A stretch of 64,000 bases of DNA, taken from contig NW_019091357.1 of assembly GCF_001949145.1 (NCBI RefSeq), positions 3,930,228 to 3,994,227 of the forward strand. Direction: 5' to 3'. Below, piece after piece: positions 50,201 through 64,000 of the stretch (positions within the stretch are counted from its first letter, which is position 1; the number at the start of each line of letters is the position of its first letter). The position numbers were made by a program, and so were the translations under genes. The DNA is from Acanthaster planci. Lineage: Eukaryota. The notes below the pieces were generated by a model that saw only the letters and a program-made list of their open reading frames with translations, did not search any database and was not told where the DNA came from.

Positions 50201-53200
50201 AGGACTGTACGACTAGAGTACGATTTCTGCCTGAGGATCTGACTTTTTAGGTTTTGTTACTGGCATTTCACACAAACACATGCATTTTTATGAACGTAGC
50301 GTATATCTGGGCAATACTGCACCATTATGCTTATTATTTGGTTCTTCGTCTGTTTCGAGGCTTCGCTGGTAAACATTCAAAATGGTATTTCTAGTACGTT
50401 CAGTTATGAAGTATCGTCACTCGAGTGGCGTACAGCCACCATGCAGTCGGGCATTAAACCCGGTTTCCATGTTGGATTCTTACTTCCTGCCCTCCTTTCT
50501 GTTCATAAAAAATGAGTTTAGCACATTAAAATATTACCCCGAGTAGACAAAACGGTATTTGAAGCAATATTTATGTTTATTGAGGGTTTTTAAATTTTTT
50601 ATCACAAGGTGTCATTGCTTTTCTTTGCTGTCTTCTATCACCATTGCTGCATATGCTTACTGACCTAATATCACCTTCATAAATTCTTAGAAGTGAATGT
50701 TTTCATTAAAGTTATATTCTTCAAACAAAAAAATCAGTTTCTTTGATTACGGGTCTGTAACTATAGCGTAGGAATTCATTTATGAAATCATTTGACTGTA
50801 AGACCATGACTAATGAGCACTTAGGCTTAATAGGTCCTTTGCTCCTCCGGGAACATCCATGTCGAGTGTTTAGATAATCTTTACTTTGGTGTCTATTTAC
50901 TGGGTGTTTTGGGGTCCATCCCAATCATGTGTCCCAATCATATTTATTTCCTCAGTCAGTTTTGCCACCGTTGTACCTGGAAAGGAGAGGGTGCCCTAAT
51001 TTATACTGGGTACAGATTTGAGTGTTGTGGTCGAGATTTTGGTCTGGTTGGGCTTAAATGCCCGGATCATGTCGTCTTAAAGCATCAGTCATTGTTTGTC
51101 ATTTACCGGGATGGTTTCAATGATCATGCATGATGGCACCGTGTGCGAAATCCATTTCCGAGGGCTAATTAGTGCTGTGTCTTGTCCTGCAAGTAATCCA
51201 ATGTAACACAGCCCTTGCGGTGTAAGAACCCAACCTACTGCCGACTCTGAGATCATGGCAATAAAGCCAAGCTTGCTGTTTCAACTAAATTAAACCCAAG
51301 GAAAAACCTCACGGGAGTAACTCTTGGCAATTTTTTTCTCTTTGTGTTAACTGCGTTTCAGATTTAGGCCCCGCATATAGACGCCATATCTTGCGAACAT
51401 GTGACTTTTGTGGAGAATCAGGGCTGGTTCTCTGAAGAAAAAAAATGGAAATGAGTGAAAAGCCGCATTTCATTACACTCATCATAATTATGCAGCCACC
51501 TAGCAGACTTGGATAAATAGATTATAAAAACAAGGCTGTTGTAGGTAGCGAGAAGTGTTTTTGCAATAGCAAAGGGTCATTGGGCAAGCAGTCATGTGAT
51601 GCCATGTTTGCCTTCGTTTGCCAGCTGCCGTCACAAGACTGGCTTTCCACAATTTTATTCCTGCCAGTGTCGTCTAACGGTTAAGCTGGTCATGCAACAA
51701 GGTGAAGTGACAATGTACAAAGAAACTGGGTGATGCAGAACTTAACGAAGATAGCTGCACCACATCCTCACAAATACTTCAGACGGTTCAGCCGTCAATG
51801 CTTTCTGGCGGGAGCACGTCACAAACCACAACATAGCCGTCGGGATGTTTGAAAAAAATGGAGTTAAACTTTCGAACAAAATCGTTCCAACTTTATAAGT
51901 GGTTTACAGCTTGTTTTGACTCTGCTCCAAAGGTATACTGATGAATAGGAAGAGATATGTGTTTGAACGGTTATAAACTTACGTTTACGACCTGCTCGGG
52001 AGAATGACTATGGATAATGTCCCTTGTCTTCGGCTTGCGCATTAATATCAGCATGTATTTATTTATCAGATCCAGATCGGCCATGTATATAATTATTTCC
52101 TTATGAGAGCAATGTGCATGTGAACAGTATCATTATCTTGGTCTTTCCAAGTCGGAAAAATGTTTTTTTTCCTGTACACCTGGATTTTAGGTAAACTGAT
52201 ATTGTAAACCAATTTTGCAAGTTCGCAGCGCAGGGCTCCAGGTCTCCTGGTTGGTCTTTGTCTCGATCTGGGGACGTCCCGTTGTTTTCAAAGCTATATT
52301 GTCATAATCCACCATTTTAGTTCCAACAACTGGGACACTCTTGTTGCAACTCTCTCTATAACAGCTTTGGTCAAGGCCTGTCGTGCCCGCCTCCGTGGAC
52401 GGAATCATCACCTAGCTGTATTGGCGAGCACCACCCCACCTCCCATGAAAAGGCTGTAATGATAACTGACAGTCTGTGATGAATTATCGGACACTGTGAA
52501 TTTTTCAGAAAAGAGTGAAGGTATGACTTCTGGAAATTATGATCATAAGTTGAAAACTAAGGTATCAAATTTAAATCATCTGAAACTCTACCCAGTTCCA
52601 AGCTGTAATAGTTTGTTTAAGGCATGGCTTTGCGAAGTGCCATTCAATTAGTGCTCTCCAACTTGATTTCGAGGAATGCGTCATAAAACCCAGCTTTTGT
52701 TGACTTTTGAAAGTTGAAATTCGATCTATACGAGAGCTACAGATGTGTATTCTCGACACAGACACCAGTTACCGCTGGTCATCCCAAAAGCACAATGAGA
52801 TCAAAGTTTAAGAGATAACCGTAGAAGAGTGATGCCATATTTATTTAGAAGCGTTGAGTTTTTCCTGTTTGTGTTTCCACTTTACTATCACAAAGAGGCA
52901 TGTATGAACTTGAAATTTCGTAGAACTTGGTGCAAGGGGAGGTACGGTAGCCCCGAACGCACGTCACACTCCGTTTAAGACAGCGCTCTTTGCTTTGTAA
53001 CAAAATCATAGCATGTCATCCCCCTCATATCCCCAAAGTTCAAACATACACATATTGGTAAAAGAGTGACAAGTTTACAGCTTTGCACAAATTAAATGCT
53101 GTTATGAAATGGCCGGTGATCGTGACTTGGTCTTGGTGTCAAATATCTGTTTTGCGCCTTTGTGTCTAAGGTTACCTCATTTCCCAAGTTTTTTTCGTTA

Positions 53201-56200
53201 CTTCAAAGGGTCTTTTATTGCCTTTTTGATTCAGGGGGGGGGAAGTTCTTAATGGGTACTTCCATATTTATGAGCATAACTGTGATCCCAGGAAGCAAGC
53301 GTTGGTTTGTAGACAAAACTCCTGCTGTTTAAGATTTTGCCAGTCAAAATTTTCTCTCCCTTGGTGATTCATCGTTGTTTAAGTACATAGCAATCAGCGA
53401 GCAGTCAAGCGTTTTTGAGAAATATCTTCAACGAGTACATTTGTGGGTTCACAAATTGAACAGGAAAGCCTGTGCACTGAACTATGTCTTCCCTGGATGA
53501 CATCACAACAACAGCGCCCTCAACAAACATGGCAAAAAGTAGAGTAATGGCTTACAAATAAGCCAGAGACAATAAGACATTTTTCAAAAGTACTTGTTCT
53601 TCATAACACAGAATGAATATACCTGTTTAAACAGAAAGGAATTCAGCCCAGTTATCCAAACATTAACTCTCGAATAACGTATATGGACGCCGTCATGTTG
53701 CATGTTGCTTGTCACTAACTACCAGCGATAACCGGTTTCACGTTTCCGGCGTTCGAACGGCTGACAAAAAATGATCAAACTGTTCGACATACAAGAACAA
53801 GCCGCCCGAACTCAGTCTAAAAAAAAAATGCGTTTTCAATGTATTTAACCAAGAGTACACAATTGCGGAAAAACTTGAGTTTGGGAAAATTTCTTTCCAG
53901 CTACACTTTAAAAGGAACCAGTCCATTTGTCAGGTTGAATATGTAAGCTTGCGCGGCAGTTGTGGCTGGGTCGTGACTCGTATTTGCTATGACACTCTCG
54001 AAATAGATGGTTGGTATTTCTTTTTTTCCAAATAATACTTGGTTAGGTTCTATTGTTCTCCGTAAAAGATGACTAGGCTATTTGTTATTCATATGTTGCA
54101 CGTGCACGGTCACAGGCTGTCTGGGACTTTCCACAATGCTTTGTTTGCCAGCAGTAAACAAATGAGTAACACTCAGTCCCAGGACCTGGTTTGTGTGCCG
54201 AATGTTTTGACTGCATGACAACTGAGCTCATTGACCGTCTTGCCCATGACACAGAACGGTGACAACCGACACAAGCTTGTCAGGGTGCCTGGGGGTCCAC
54301 TTAAAGGGAGTTTAAATTTCATATTGCACCGGATCTGAAAGTTGAACACATTACAACTCGAGCAAAGTTTCGCTGCGAATCTTTCGTGAAGTCAAATTCG
54401 GTTCGCTTCCGCATTCTCCTGAAGTATGAACCTACGTTTATGCTCCTCTTCGGCGAAAACATGGCTTCCTGATACGGCAGCTTATGTGATAACATTCCTC
54501 AGTGATGATGTAGTGATTCCGAGTGATTTTTTGGCATTTTTGTCGGCTTTGTTGCGACTTGAGAAATCCAATTGCGCTGGATGGCTTTCAGGTGAGCGTG
54601 GCTAGGCTGCTTTTCAATACATGTAGTTCCTGCGTCAGTTGAACCATGTTCATCGTGAAGACCTGTTCACATTCGACGCGAAAGCTACCACCGTGAATGC
54701 GATTTTGTGAGGGCAGATTCTACTCGCGTTGCGAATTCAAGACAGTTCATGGCATTGAAATCGAGCGCCGAAAGTCAAATTCCAAAAGTTGGTCCAGTGG
54801 TAATTTAACTGGGGAGGGAGACAGAGTGGTGAACTGCAGAGGGATACAAATTTTAAAAGTAGATTGGAATGATTAAATCAACATCAGGACGATAAAAATA
54901 GATCAAACGGGACGAGTGTTCTATTTCGGAACGGGCAAGCAAAACTCTGACTATAATGTTTAAAGATAAGTTGGTTAAAATATAGGGTTCCCTACTTATT
55001 TCAGACTATACCACCACATATCAACCACACGGTTAATGAAATGGGACCGTAGTTGTTATGTTGTTATTTTTGAAATAATTTTTACAGTGATTTGAACTAC
55101 CCACTGAAATTTGGTCGGATGGGATTATCCAGTTTTTATTTTTAACTTAAAGGGTGGCTGTAGTTGATTTGTTTTAAGTACACACCTTCAGGTAACCTTA
55201 TTTTCAACTTTTGTTTCACTGTTTCAAACGGTATTTTACTCTCTTTTTCATTTTTATGCCAATAAGTATTTCCTTATCCATGAGCACACTTGTAATGTCA
55301 CCTCAAGAAGCCTCACTGTTGCATTTGTTTGAACACCAAAAAGTACTGCATTTTCAATCAATCAACGTAATCAATCAGGCAACATCTATTTCCATAATGC
55401 TGCAAGTTTTCAAGACAATGTAACTCGATTGATTAATAAATATAACTAATATTATTCATACTGATAGGTTGACGTGAAAAAAGAACTGCAAAATTGTCTG
55501 CAATTATTGAGACATCTGTTGAAGCCGAGGGCTTATATGGAGACGCCTTCACAAAAAGTAACCAAAAACAACTACAGAGACAAAGTAACAATCGGACAAA
55601 TAGCAATACAATGCACATGGGATTTAAGTACCGAATAAACATCGAGGGATATAAATAACAAATGACGCCATAAATAATGAACTCATGCGATTAGTCAAAA
55701 GCTTAGGCTATAGATAAAAGTCTGAGTAAAAATACAACCAAAAAATCAATATAGATGAACAGGGGAACAGCTGATTCAGAAATCAATTTGAAAAAAGGAC
55801 TTGACAAATACTTTTTGCTGGACTCACGTTTCTCTTATTTGCGGATTCATTTTTGTTTATGTGCACACCAATAAGCAAGCATTAATCCCTTTCTCAGAAA
55901 TATTTTCAGCAGTGAATTCTTAGTTCACAGTTTGAACAGAAAAGCCTATGCACTGAACTAGATACTTCCCAAGATGACTTCACAGCAACAGCACCCTCAG
56001 TTGTCCACAAAAAATGGATATACATGTATTTTAATTGTTTAAAATAAGTGCACCTTTCAGTGCATTGAACTAAATTACGAATGTAAAAGGGTTTTAGTGA
56101 TATAGAATACAAAACTGACGAAAAAGTATGTCTTAGAAAAATTCATTGCAGCTACACTTTAACGCGATGTTGACTTGGGGAATGCCTTCTTACAGAAGAT

Positions 56201-57080
56201 CAATCAGTGGAAGTTTACTGACAGTATATAATTTTACAAGCATTAAAGAAGAGATAAGTTGGACGTTCCTACGCACCTTGACGTGACTTGTGCTATGCGC
56301 GTGTTCGCTCGTTTTCATTTTTTTTTCTCACGGGTATTGCACGGTCCATTCTTAGTTACGGTTTCCGCAGATAAGCAACATGATGCCGACAACGCTACCA
56401 CCAAGCAGGTTCCACTTCCGACTATGCTACCGGTGTTGTGTTACAACGTGTTGACACATCCTTCTTTGCAGTTCACTTTCAAAATCACATTTTACTCGTT
56501 CATATGAATCGAAAAATCTCTTCTTTTTTAAACTTAACCCAGTCCGCTTGCGGCAATGCATGACTGTTAGGTAAGACAAAAAAGACGATAGGGAAATCCG
56601 CGAGAAAATGACAAAAACACGGCATACTATGCGCAATGATCTCTCAAGATGAATGATTATCCTATTTACTAACAATTGAGCGAAATACTTGGGTACGATT
56701 TGGCAGTTTGTTGAAATACATTGAAATCAGATTTCATATCAAGTTGATGAACTGTTAAGAATTTTTACAATTCCCACAAAACTGGTAGGCTTTGTTTCGT
56801 TTATCAATTAACATAGGCCTAAGTGTTCCTCCCACGCTAAACTATCGTAGCACATTATAATGCTGATTATTGTGTTGGCCAAGAAAAATAAACCCTCATA
56901 CAACAACTGCCATGTTAACCTCTTACCCATCAATCCCAGATCAGGTATATCCCTACACACCATTAGGAGGTCAAAGTACTTCAGAATGTTATAATGTCAG
57001 TTTTCATATAACTCATCAATCATGGAAGGAACGAAAATGCCAGTGAGGATGGCCCCCGTTATACACAAGGCACCTCTAGG

Positions 57081-57107
57081 TCAGGCCGCATGAATTATGC
57101 GGCCTGA
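57081..57107. repeat. Short inverted repeat (11-bp arms)
   Basis: TCAGGCCGCAT-GAATT-ATGCGGCCTGA. Confidence 0.7.
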
Positions 57108-60100
57108 GTTGACACTCAGACTTTTTTGCTGTTTCTGTTTTTTCTTCTTTACCATTTCAAACTGACTCATCCTGTATCTTAAAGTTGCGTTCCAAGCGAC
57201 TCGGATCTAAGTCCACAGATGCCGCCTCAAGCCTGAGACGGTTCACCTAACTGCTGGTCAGTAGCACAGCGGCGGTTTTACCCGAAGAATTTGTTGTAAT
57301 TAATTCAGTAGCAACAGAAGATTCGAAAAGTGTACCCACAATCGCGTTCAGTCCCCTTTCATCACGATAGAATTATAGGTGGAATTTACACTAAAGGAAA
57401 AGGTGTCAACATCGATCTCGCATCCTCTCCCCCCTAACTTTTTGAAAACTTATTACAAGTAGTAACGTCTTTGTAATTTATAGATTTATTATGGAGCTAC
57501 ACATATATTAAATTCGCTTGTTGGCTGCAGACAAGCATCGATCTGTTTTTCAATGTAGCCACTTAATTATGAGGATGACCCCTTGAACGGCCTCCCTTTT
57601 TTAGATAATCATTCCGGGACTGTAGCGGATATTGAACTTTCTTTTGTGTTGTTTTATCCCGAAGCGTGAAGTAATGCCAATGTTGGGTACATAAAAGCAA
57701 ATATTGACAACAAAACGTTAATTGCACTGCATCTCGTTGCCCCATGCATTCCCCCTCGAGAAGTTTAGTCTCAAGCCCCATGATGTGTGCACCCCGAGGC
57801 CTGACAAGTAACCTCTTCGAACGGGTCACTCGTAATCTTGTTATTGAGCCGATTGTCTGTTGTGTGTACACCCCCTCGCGCACGCAACGCGCACTCAGGA
57901 GTCCCCAGTGATAAGGGAAACAAGCCCAGCAATCTGTTCCTTTTCCCCTTTGTGTTGAATAGTTCATGCGTAGAAAACCAGTTTCCCTGCATCACTGTTA
58001 TGAAGGATACCCCGTCAGTCCTGCACGAAGTTTAGTATGCACTCGTAACGTTACTGTGTCTGTTGGCTCTAGCTCCTTATCAGCATCGATGGCGGCTTGC
58101 CCGTGGCATTCTAGTTCACGACTGTGTTTTACTGAATGACTTCAAGTTGATAATGGTCCACTTGCCATATACAGCATGGGTATACGTGTCGAGACGTACC
58201 AAGTTTGAACCGCTTGCCTTCGTTGTGGAACTGATGTGCATTGACAAGGCACAATGAGCAGGGTCTCGTGAGGCAACTTACTACGTAAGTACTTGTAAAT
58301 TGTAAACAGATTCAGATTGTTGCCTTACATCACATGATTACGGGATGACAAACATTAAATCGTACACGCATATGAGTGGTACAACGTTGATGGTTCATGC
58401 CAGACCTCACGAGGTCCTCACGCTGTACATGCCCACACGCAGCTTCAAGGACACTCTGTCCCGACCGTTGGGAGAAGTCAGTATCACATAATCGCTCCTA
58501 CCCTCTGTTCACTTCGTGATTTTGTACATGATACCCTTGCGTTACCTCCATAGGCAACACAAGTACTATTTGGCAGTGTTTTCCATGGTAAAACAACCCA
58601 GCACCCTGTAATTTTATGTGCGTTCGGACGTACATGTAGACCACGGAGTTTCAGTAAAGGACATCACTTGACACCCTGTACACTTGTCTGAAAATATTCT
58701 TCAGTATTTTTTAAGTACTTGTACATGTATATGCAAGTTTCCCTGCTAAAGTTGACCCTGAAGCTGTGAAGGACATTGCTATCGCTTACTGATGGCGGAT
58801 CATGTATACCACTGTAGCCTAGGGAAGAATTAGTGATGTCCTCATATCTTCCCTCAAGGGCTAGGTTTCGGGACTGGGCAGTTTTGGCCTGCAGTATTTG
58901 AAGCTCCTGGAACTTGTAGTGACCTCTTTACCGACCCTTAATAAATACCCAAGATCAGTCAACTCTGTGCGGCCGTCGTCACATTGTAGATTGGGAATGC
59001 GATTAAGCTGTTAATATGTAATTCTGTCTGGTCAGAACCCATGTTAGACTGCGCACCGTACGCCCTAAAACACGGATATGTACAGTACATTTCTGTTGTC
59101 CATGTAAATCAATCTTTTTAGTTTTGGAAAAGAGCCAGACACTTTCAGGCCTTTTCCTGGTTACTAACATTAACTCGTGATCTTGCGGTGTATATTTCAC
59201 ACCCGTCTGTTATCTGTGTGACGAAAAGTGGCGAATCAAGCATGCCGTCAGAACCTCCCCCCCCCATCTCTCCCTCAATGTCCAGTAATTACAGACCAGC
59301 AAATAAACCTGTCATATATGACAGAGGTAAACACCCCCACTGGAAAATCTGGGGGAAAATAAGTGAAATTCACTAAGGGCTTAAAGTCTGCTTCAATAAG
59401 TTCAGTTTCTGTTGTGTTTGGTGGGTAATCAAGTGACCTTTCCTTCAAATAATACTACACAGATGATCGCCTTTTTACTGTATGGGCACGATACCTATCC
59501 TTCAAAATCCTCCACTTATCCATGGACAAAATTGCATTCTGCCTCAGTCCTCCCAAATCCACCAATATGTCTGAAAAAAATCAACATTTCTTGATGGTAC
59601 CATAAGGCATGATGATGACCATGTACAAAGTACATGTATATGCTGCAACGTATAATTTCACGCTTCACCGTCTCGGCGTTCCAGTTGAGTACGTATCTTG
59701 TGCGCATGAACTGTGAGCAATCCGTTGTTAGTGGACTACATTGGCAATGTAGAAAGAAAGCAACTCAAAAGAAACCAAACATACACCAGCGTCCGCCATT
59801 TTTGTTTCATTTGCGAAGCTTGTGTATTCAGAACTTGTTTGCCAACATGTTGTGTAAACGATGAAGAGGAATGTTTAGGTAGGTACAGTGACCTTTGAAC
59901 AAACTGTATGTGACCGAGGGCGCCATCGTCGACCATTCGGAGTGTGATCGAGTGACTCTAGTTATATAAGTCAGAAATGGTCACGCTACTTTTTTTCCCA
60001 TGCAGACTGGTTTACATGGGCCATTGTTACACTTCTGTGAAGTCCTGGAAGGGACAGGATGGAATTTTTAACTTGTTTATTCCTTTTTATTACATTCGTG

Positions 60101-62362
60101 CGCACGAATCACTATTTCGTCCCCCCGGGTAATCTGTTTGCATGCATCATACCAATTTGTCCCCAGAAATTACTTCACGTTAGCAATGAATGCACGTGAA
60201 TACGTAACTCACACACAGGAATGTTGGACAAGTCATTCCTAGGTACGTATTGATAATTCTTGGGAAGGAATCAGTAACCTTTGTGGGAACAAAAACCATA
60301 AATAAGTCCACCGTGCTGGCAGGCTTCATGCAACTTGATCGAGTGAACCGCATTGTCGATTTTCGAAATTGTATCCGCAATAGAATGAAACTATTCTCTT
60401 GTTCTCCTTTTTCTTCTCAGTTCTTTTTGAGCTAGAACATTTGAAGGGGAACTACGCATGTACTTCGAGCCATAACTCTTTTTCCAGTTGTTCAAATTCT
60501 GATTTTGGAAGTATGTGGGCCGGGACAGTTAAAGAAATATCCGCCGTATAATATGCATGTACGGGTTGAGTGTGTGCTTTGTACATGTGCTTATACAGCC
60601 AAACCGACCGTGTATTAACGCCGCTACGGGGGCCGCTTGGTCGCAATAATTATTATTGTGAGAGCAACACTGTACTGGCCCTCCCCCCCGGCTTGTGTGG
60701 AAGGCCAAGGTTACGCTATTGAAGTCCATAGTCAGCGCCCCCTTGAAAGACTCCTCCAAAGAAAAAAATCACCACAGGTGTTGGGTCCGCGGGCGCCTTC
60801 CGTCTTGAGCGCCTTAGCCTGGGGATCACTTTTTAATGTTCGTTCCGTCTGATATTATAGCGCGGGTTACCAATAGCTATCAACTTAATTGTTTTGTTTA
60901 AGGTACAGCATTTCAGCAGAAATGAGCAAAATGAGGTATTTGAAAAAAGATTTTGTGATATACAGATGTGCCGAAAGATACTCTTACTTCTTAGTCTTTC
61001 AGTTAAAACGCGATTCGGGTCAGAACTGGATTATGGCGTTGTTTTTACATTGGACAGGCGTACATTGGTCTGGTCTGCCATCACAGTCTTGAATAGAGAC
61101 TCTTAGGGTAAGCGCAACCATACCGTGAAATAAATATTACAACTTCCAGCAAAATTGGGTTTCAAAGGGCCACTCTGCGGTTTCATATCCTCTGTATTAT
61201 ATATGGACACTCTGCTCTATTGCACGATTATTCGACAGAATGACATTGTAATAATGGTCGTGACCACGTCCATTGCAAGGTCAAAGTTCACTGCTCTGTT
61301 GACGCAGCAGGACTGGAATGTGTGCGTTTGGGCAACGAAAGTGATATCTCCACACAGCACCTGGTGAAAATGTACGTGACAGAATTTGAGCTTGCGAGAT
61401 GCAAAGAAGGGCTTTTGATCACCGTAATTCGCCGCCATTGAAAACTGACAGTTGGTCAGAGACTCGAAGACGAAACATGTGTGCTCCTTTATGACTGATT
61501 TTGTAACCCTAACTAATAAAAAAGAGGGTATTGTGATGTATCTTATCATGAATTATGCTTCATGATGTACATGTACTTGGAAGATTACGAGGTCAGTCAC
61601 CCAAGACCTAACCGAGGGCGCTTCATGTATTTCTGTGATGCTGTGGTAGGACGCACAATACTTCGGTTAGAGCTGATGGGAAATATTTGAATATACGTAT
61701 ATGTACAGTTTACTCGTTAACGGACTGCATGTCGTGCTGAGTCCAAAATGAAACGGTAGACCAACAGTGATAGAATCCAACTTTGATGTCATACGCAATT
61801 GATTGTGTCTATCCGCTACTTGAGCAGGTGTTTGAACGCTGGGTATGTGTCAATATTATGGGTACCTGGATTTTGCAAAGACACCAGTCAGAGTTCGTGA
61901 TGACATTCTGCATAAAAACGTCACTTAAGGTGTCAGTAACCGAATCATGAATGTCCTCGTTGACGTGATATCATGTCCAATAGCAGAAATTTCTCGTCTT
62001 GGTCCATGGTAAAATCTTATCTACATGTACATGTACTTCAGGGTACATGTACCAATTCTCTGACCAATTCTCCCGATCCGTCACTTCACTCTACTGTTTG
62101 CTTTAAATGCAGACGACTGTTTTATATTCATCACTGCCAGTGGCATTAACATTTCACAGTCTGACTTCAATGCACATGCAGATGGTCAGATCATTTGAAA
62201 ATTATACTTTAACGTGGATCAGTTCAAGGTCATCAGTATGCTTCGAAAACAGCATTCCCACCACCTTTTTTTCGTATTGGAAACAATGTGTTATCGGCTA
62301 CAAACTGTAAGGGATATTTAGCAGTCATGATAAGTGCGCTGTATGGCGAGAATTGTGATATT

Positions 62363-62620
62363 CAAGGGCGGATCCAGAACCACATTTTCGGAGAGGCAAA
62401 TTTGTGTTCGGGGGGCAACAAAATGTGGAGATTTTTTCAGGTAACCTTTGATGGGCTTTCCCTAGAGAAAAGTGAGGTTACATTTGGGGGCTCTTTGCAC
62501 GCCTTTGGCCTGGAGGGAAATGAAAAAGACGTCCAAACTCGCTTTTCTCTCATTATCATTTTTAAAAAATGTGAGGCTCCTTGGGGGAACGGCCCCTTCT
62601 CCCCCTTACGATGCGTCAAG
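62363..62620. mobile_element. MITE-like remnant sharing the CAAGGGCGGATCCAG terminus
   Basis: 62363-62377 is identical to the left TIR at 43954. The right end is decayed (CCCCTTACGATGCG...). Confidence 0.45.
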
Positions 62621-64000
62621 TCCTTCAGAAATGTAGGGACTTATAGACGATGATCCGCTTATTGTTCGGATAGGCCTAATAGTTTGAAAGACACTTGACG
62701 TTTTTCTTCTTATCTGCATAAATTTGCATACGTACACAAACAAGCTATACCTTATTAATCATTTAGGCTGGACTGATAATCGAACCAGAAAAAAATTGCT
62801 TCATCTGTTTTTATAAAGTTCGTAAGGGCCTCATCGGCATTAATACCCTTAAAAAGGCAAAGAATTAAACATTCCTTTTGCTTACAGTGATAGTTTAAGG
62901 TATTCCTATTTTGTGTGCACAGCAAATGCTGGAATCATTTTCCAGAAAGATTTCATCCAAATTACGTCTCTGAATGTGTTTAGAGCTCCCTTCTTGGTGT
63001 TTACGTGTTATTTGTGTTTGTCCAAAGACATATGTTAGTGTTTGATCGTATTGTTGTTAAATGTTTCTTTCACTGTTCTGAGCTTAATGCTTTGCGGCTC
63101 GTTGATCGCACTTTGTTTAATCGCCATTATTTTTTGTAGGTCATTGGGTTTTTGTTAGAACTGTCTTCAACTTTATTAACTTCTTTGTTTTCACTGTTTT
63201 TATGTATCGTTATTCTGATCCTTATTATATTCTATTATCTTAATATATAAAGTACAATAAGGATCATCATTGTGTCACTTTTATTCAGTTTTGCAGTTAA
63301 GCCACTTCTAGCTTGTACTTATTTTATACAGCAAGTTTTTCAACATGGAATTTACTTTCTTTTCCATAACCCGGAAGGTGCCATGAAAAAAATATGTGAA
63401 AACCAGGCTTGAGGTAAAAGAGCCCTTATCTCGAACTGCCACCTGCTCCTCCTTCCAAGCAGTCATCCAGATTAATCTTTAACGGGATGTAATCTTCCGT
63501 GTGATGCATGACATCTTATCTTATACAAACCGTTTTTAGGCTACAAACTCCGACAAACTCATTCCAAGTTATCCACAGCTAGGTGGGGTGTATATTTCTC
63601 TTTTAGTTCTGGCAAAACCTTTAAAAAAAGCCGGAAGTGGTCAGATTGTTGTCACACTTCCTCTCTGTTTTAACCAAGTGACAAAAATCTAGAAAATTTG
63701 TAATTTTTGGATTTGTGAAGTTTTTCTGGCCGTTAATATCGACTCCAAGAAGAATTTAACTAAGTCACAAAGCAAATTGTTTGTACTTTCATATTCATCG
63801 TAAACAAACACTTGGCAAAAGTCTCGGTCTCTGAGTGTGTTTGCTTGCTTTCATGAAGTGACGAAAATTCATCTTGTATAAGCAGTCCCAAAGGGAAACC
63901 ATACTGGTCTGCACGAGTTGGGATGCAAGCCTAGGCTGTTGCAGCGGTCAAACGATGTTGAAAAGGAACGTATGCGTGTGTTGAAATGTAAAATTAATGG

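Noticed and set aside
1..64000. CRISPR arrays, rRNA, tRNA, prokaryotic operons
   Set aside because: None seen. The window is eukaryotic with spliceosomal donor and acceptor sites, and the repeats lack a repeat-spacer structure.

Overview
Gene-poor, repeat-sprinkled eukaryotic DNA with spliceosomal introns, most likely from an invertebrate animal. Main feature: four paralogous copies of only the first coding exon of an SLC5 sodium:solute symporter (SMCT/NIS/SMVT clade) in tandem on the minus strand (2.3-15.1 kb). Three copies are intact (ATG...TSAFE followed by a phase-0 GT donor). The fourth is a pseudo-exon broken by a 34-bp palindrome with a 7-bp target-site duplication, which looks like a P-element-type excision footprint. 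I found no downstream SLC5 exons between the copies. This suggests one gene with a cluster of variable first exons spliced to shared constant exons left of the window (UGT1/protocadherin-like architecture). A CpG/CCAAT-rich promoter-like region sits at about 24.8-25.9 kb, and a neurensin-like gene with one coding exon at 34.6-35.5 kb (+). The remaining ~28 kb shows no recognisable coding sequence, only small repeats and MITE-like remnants.
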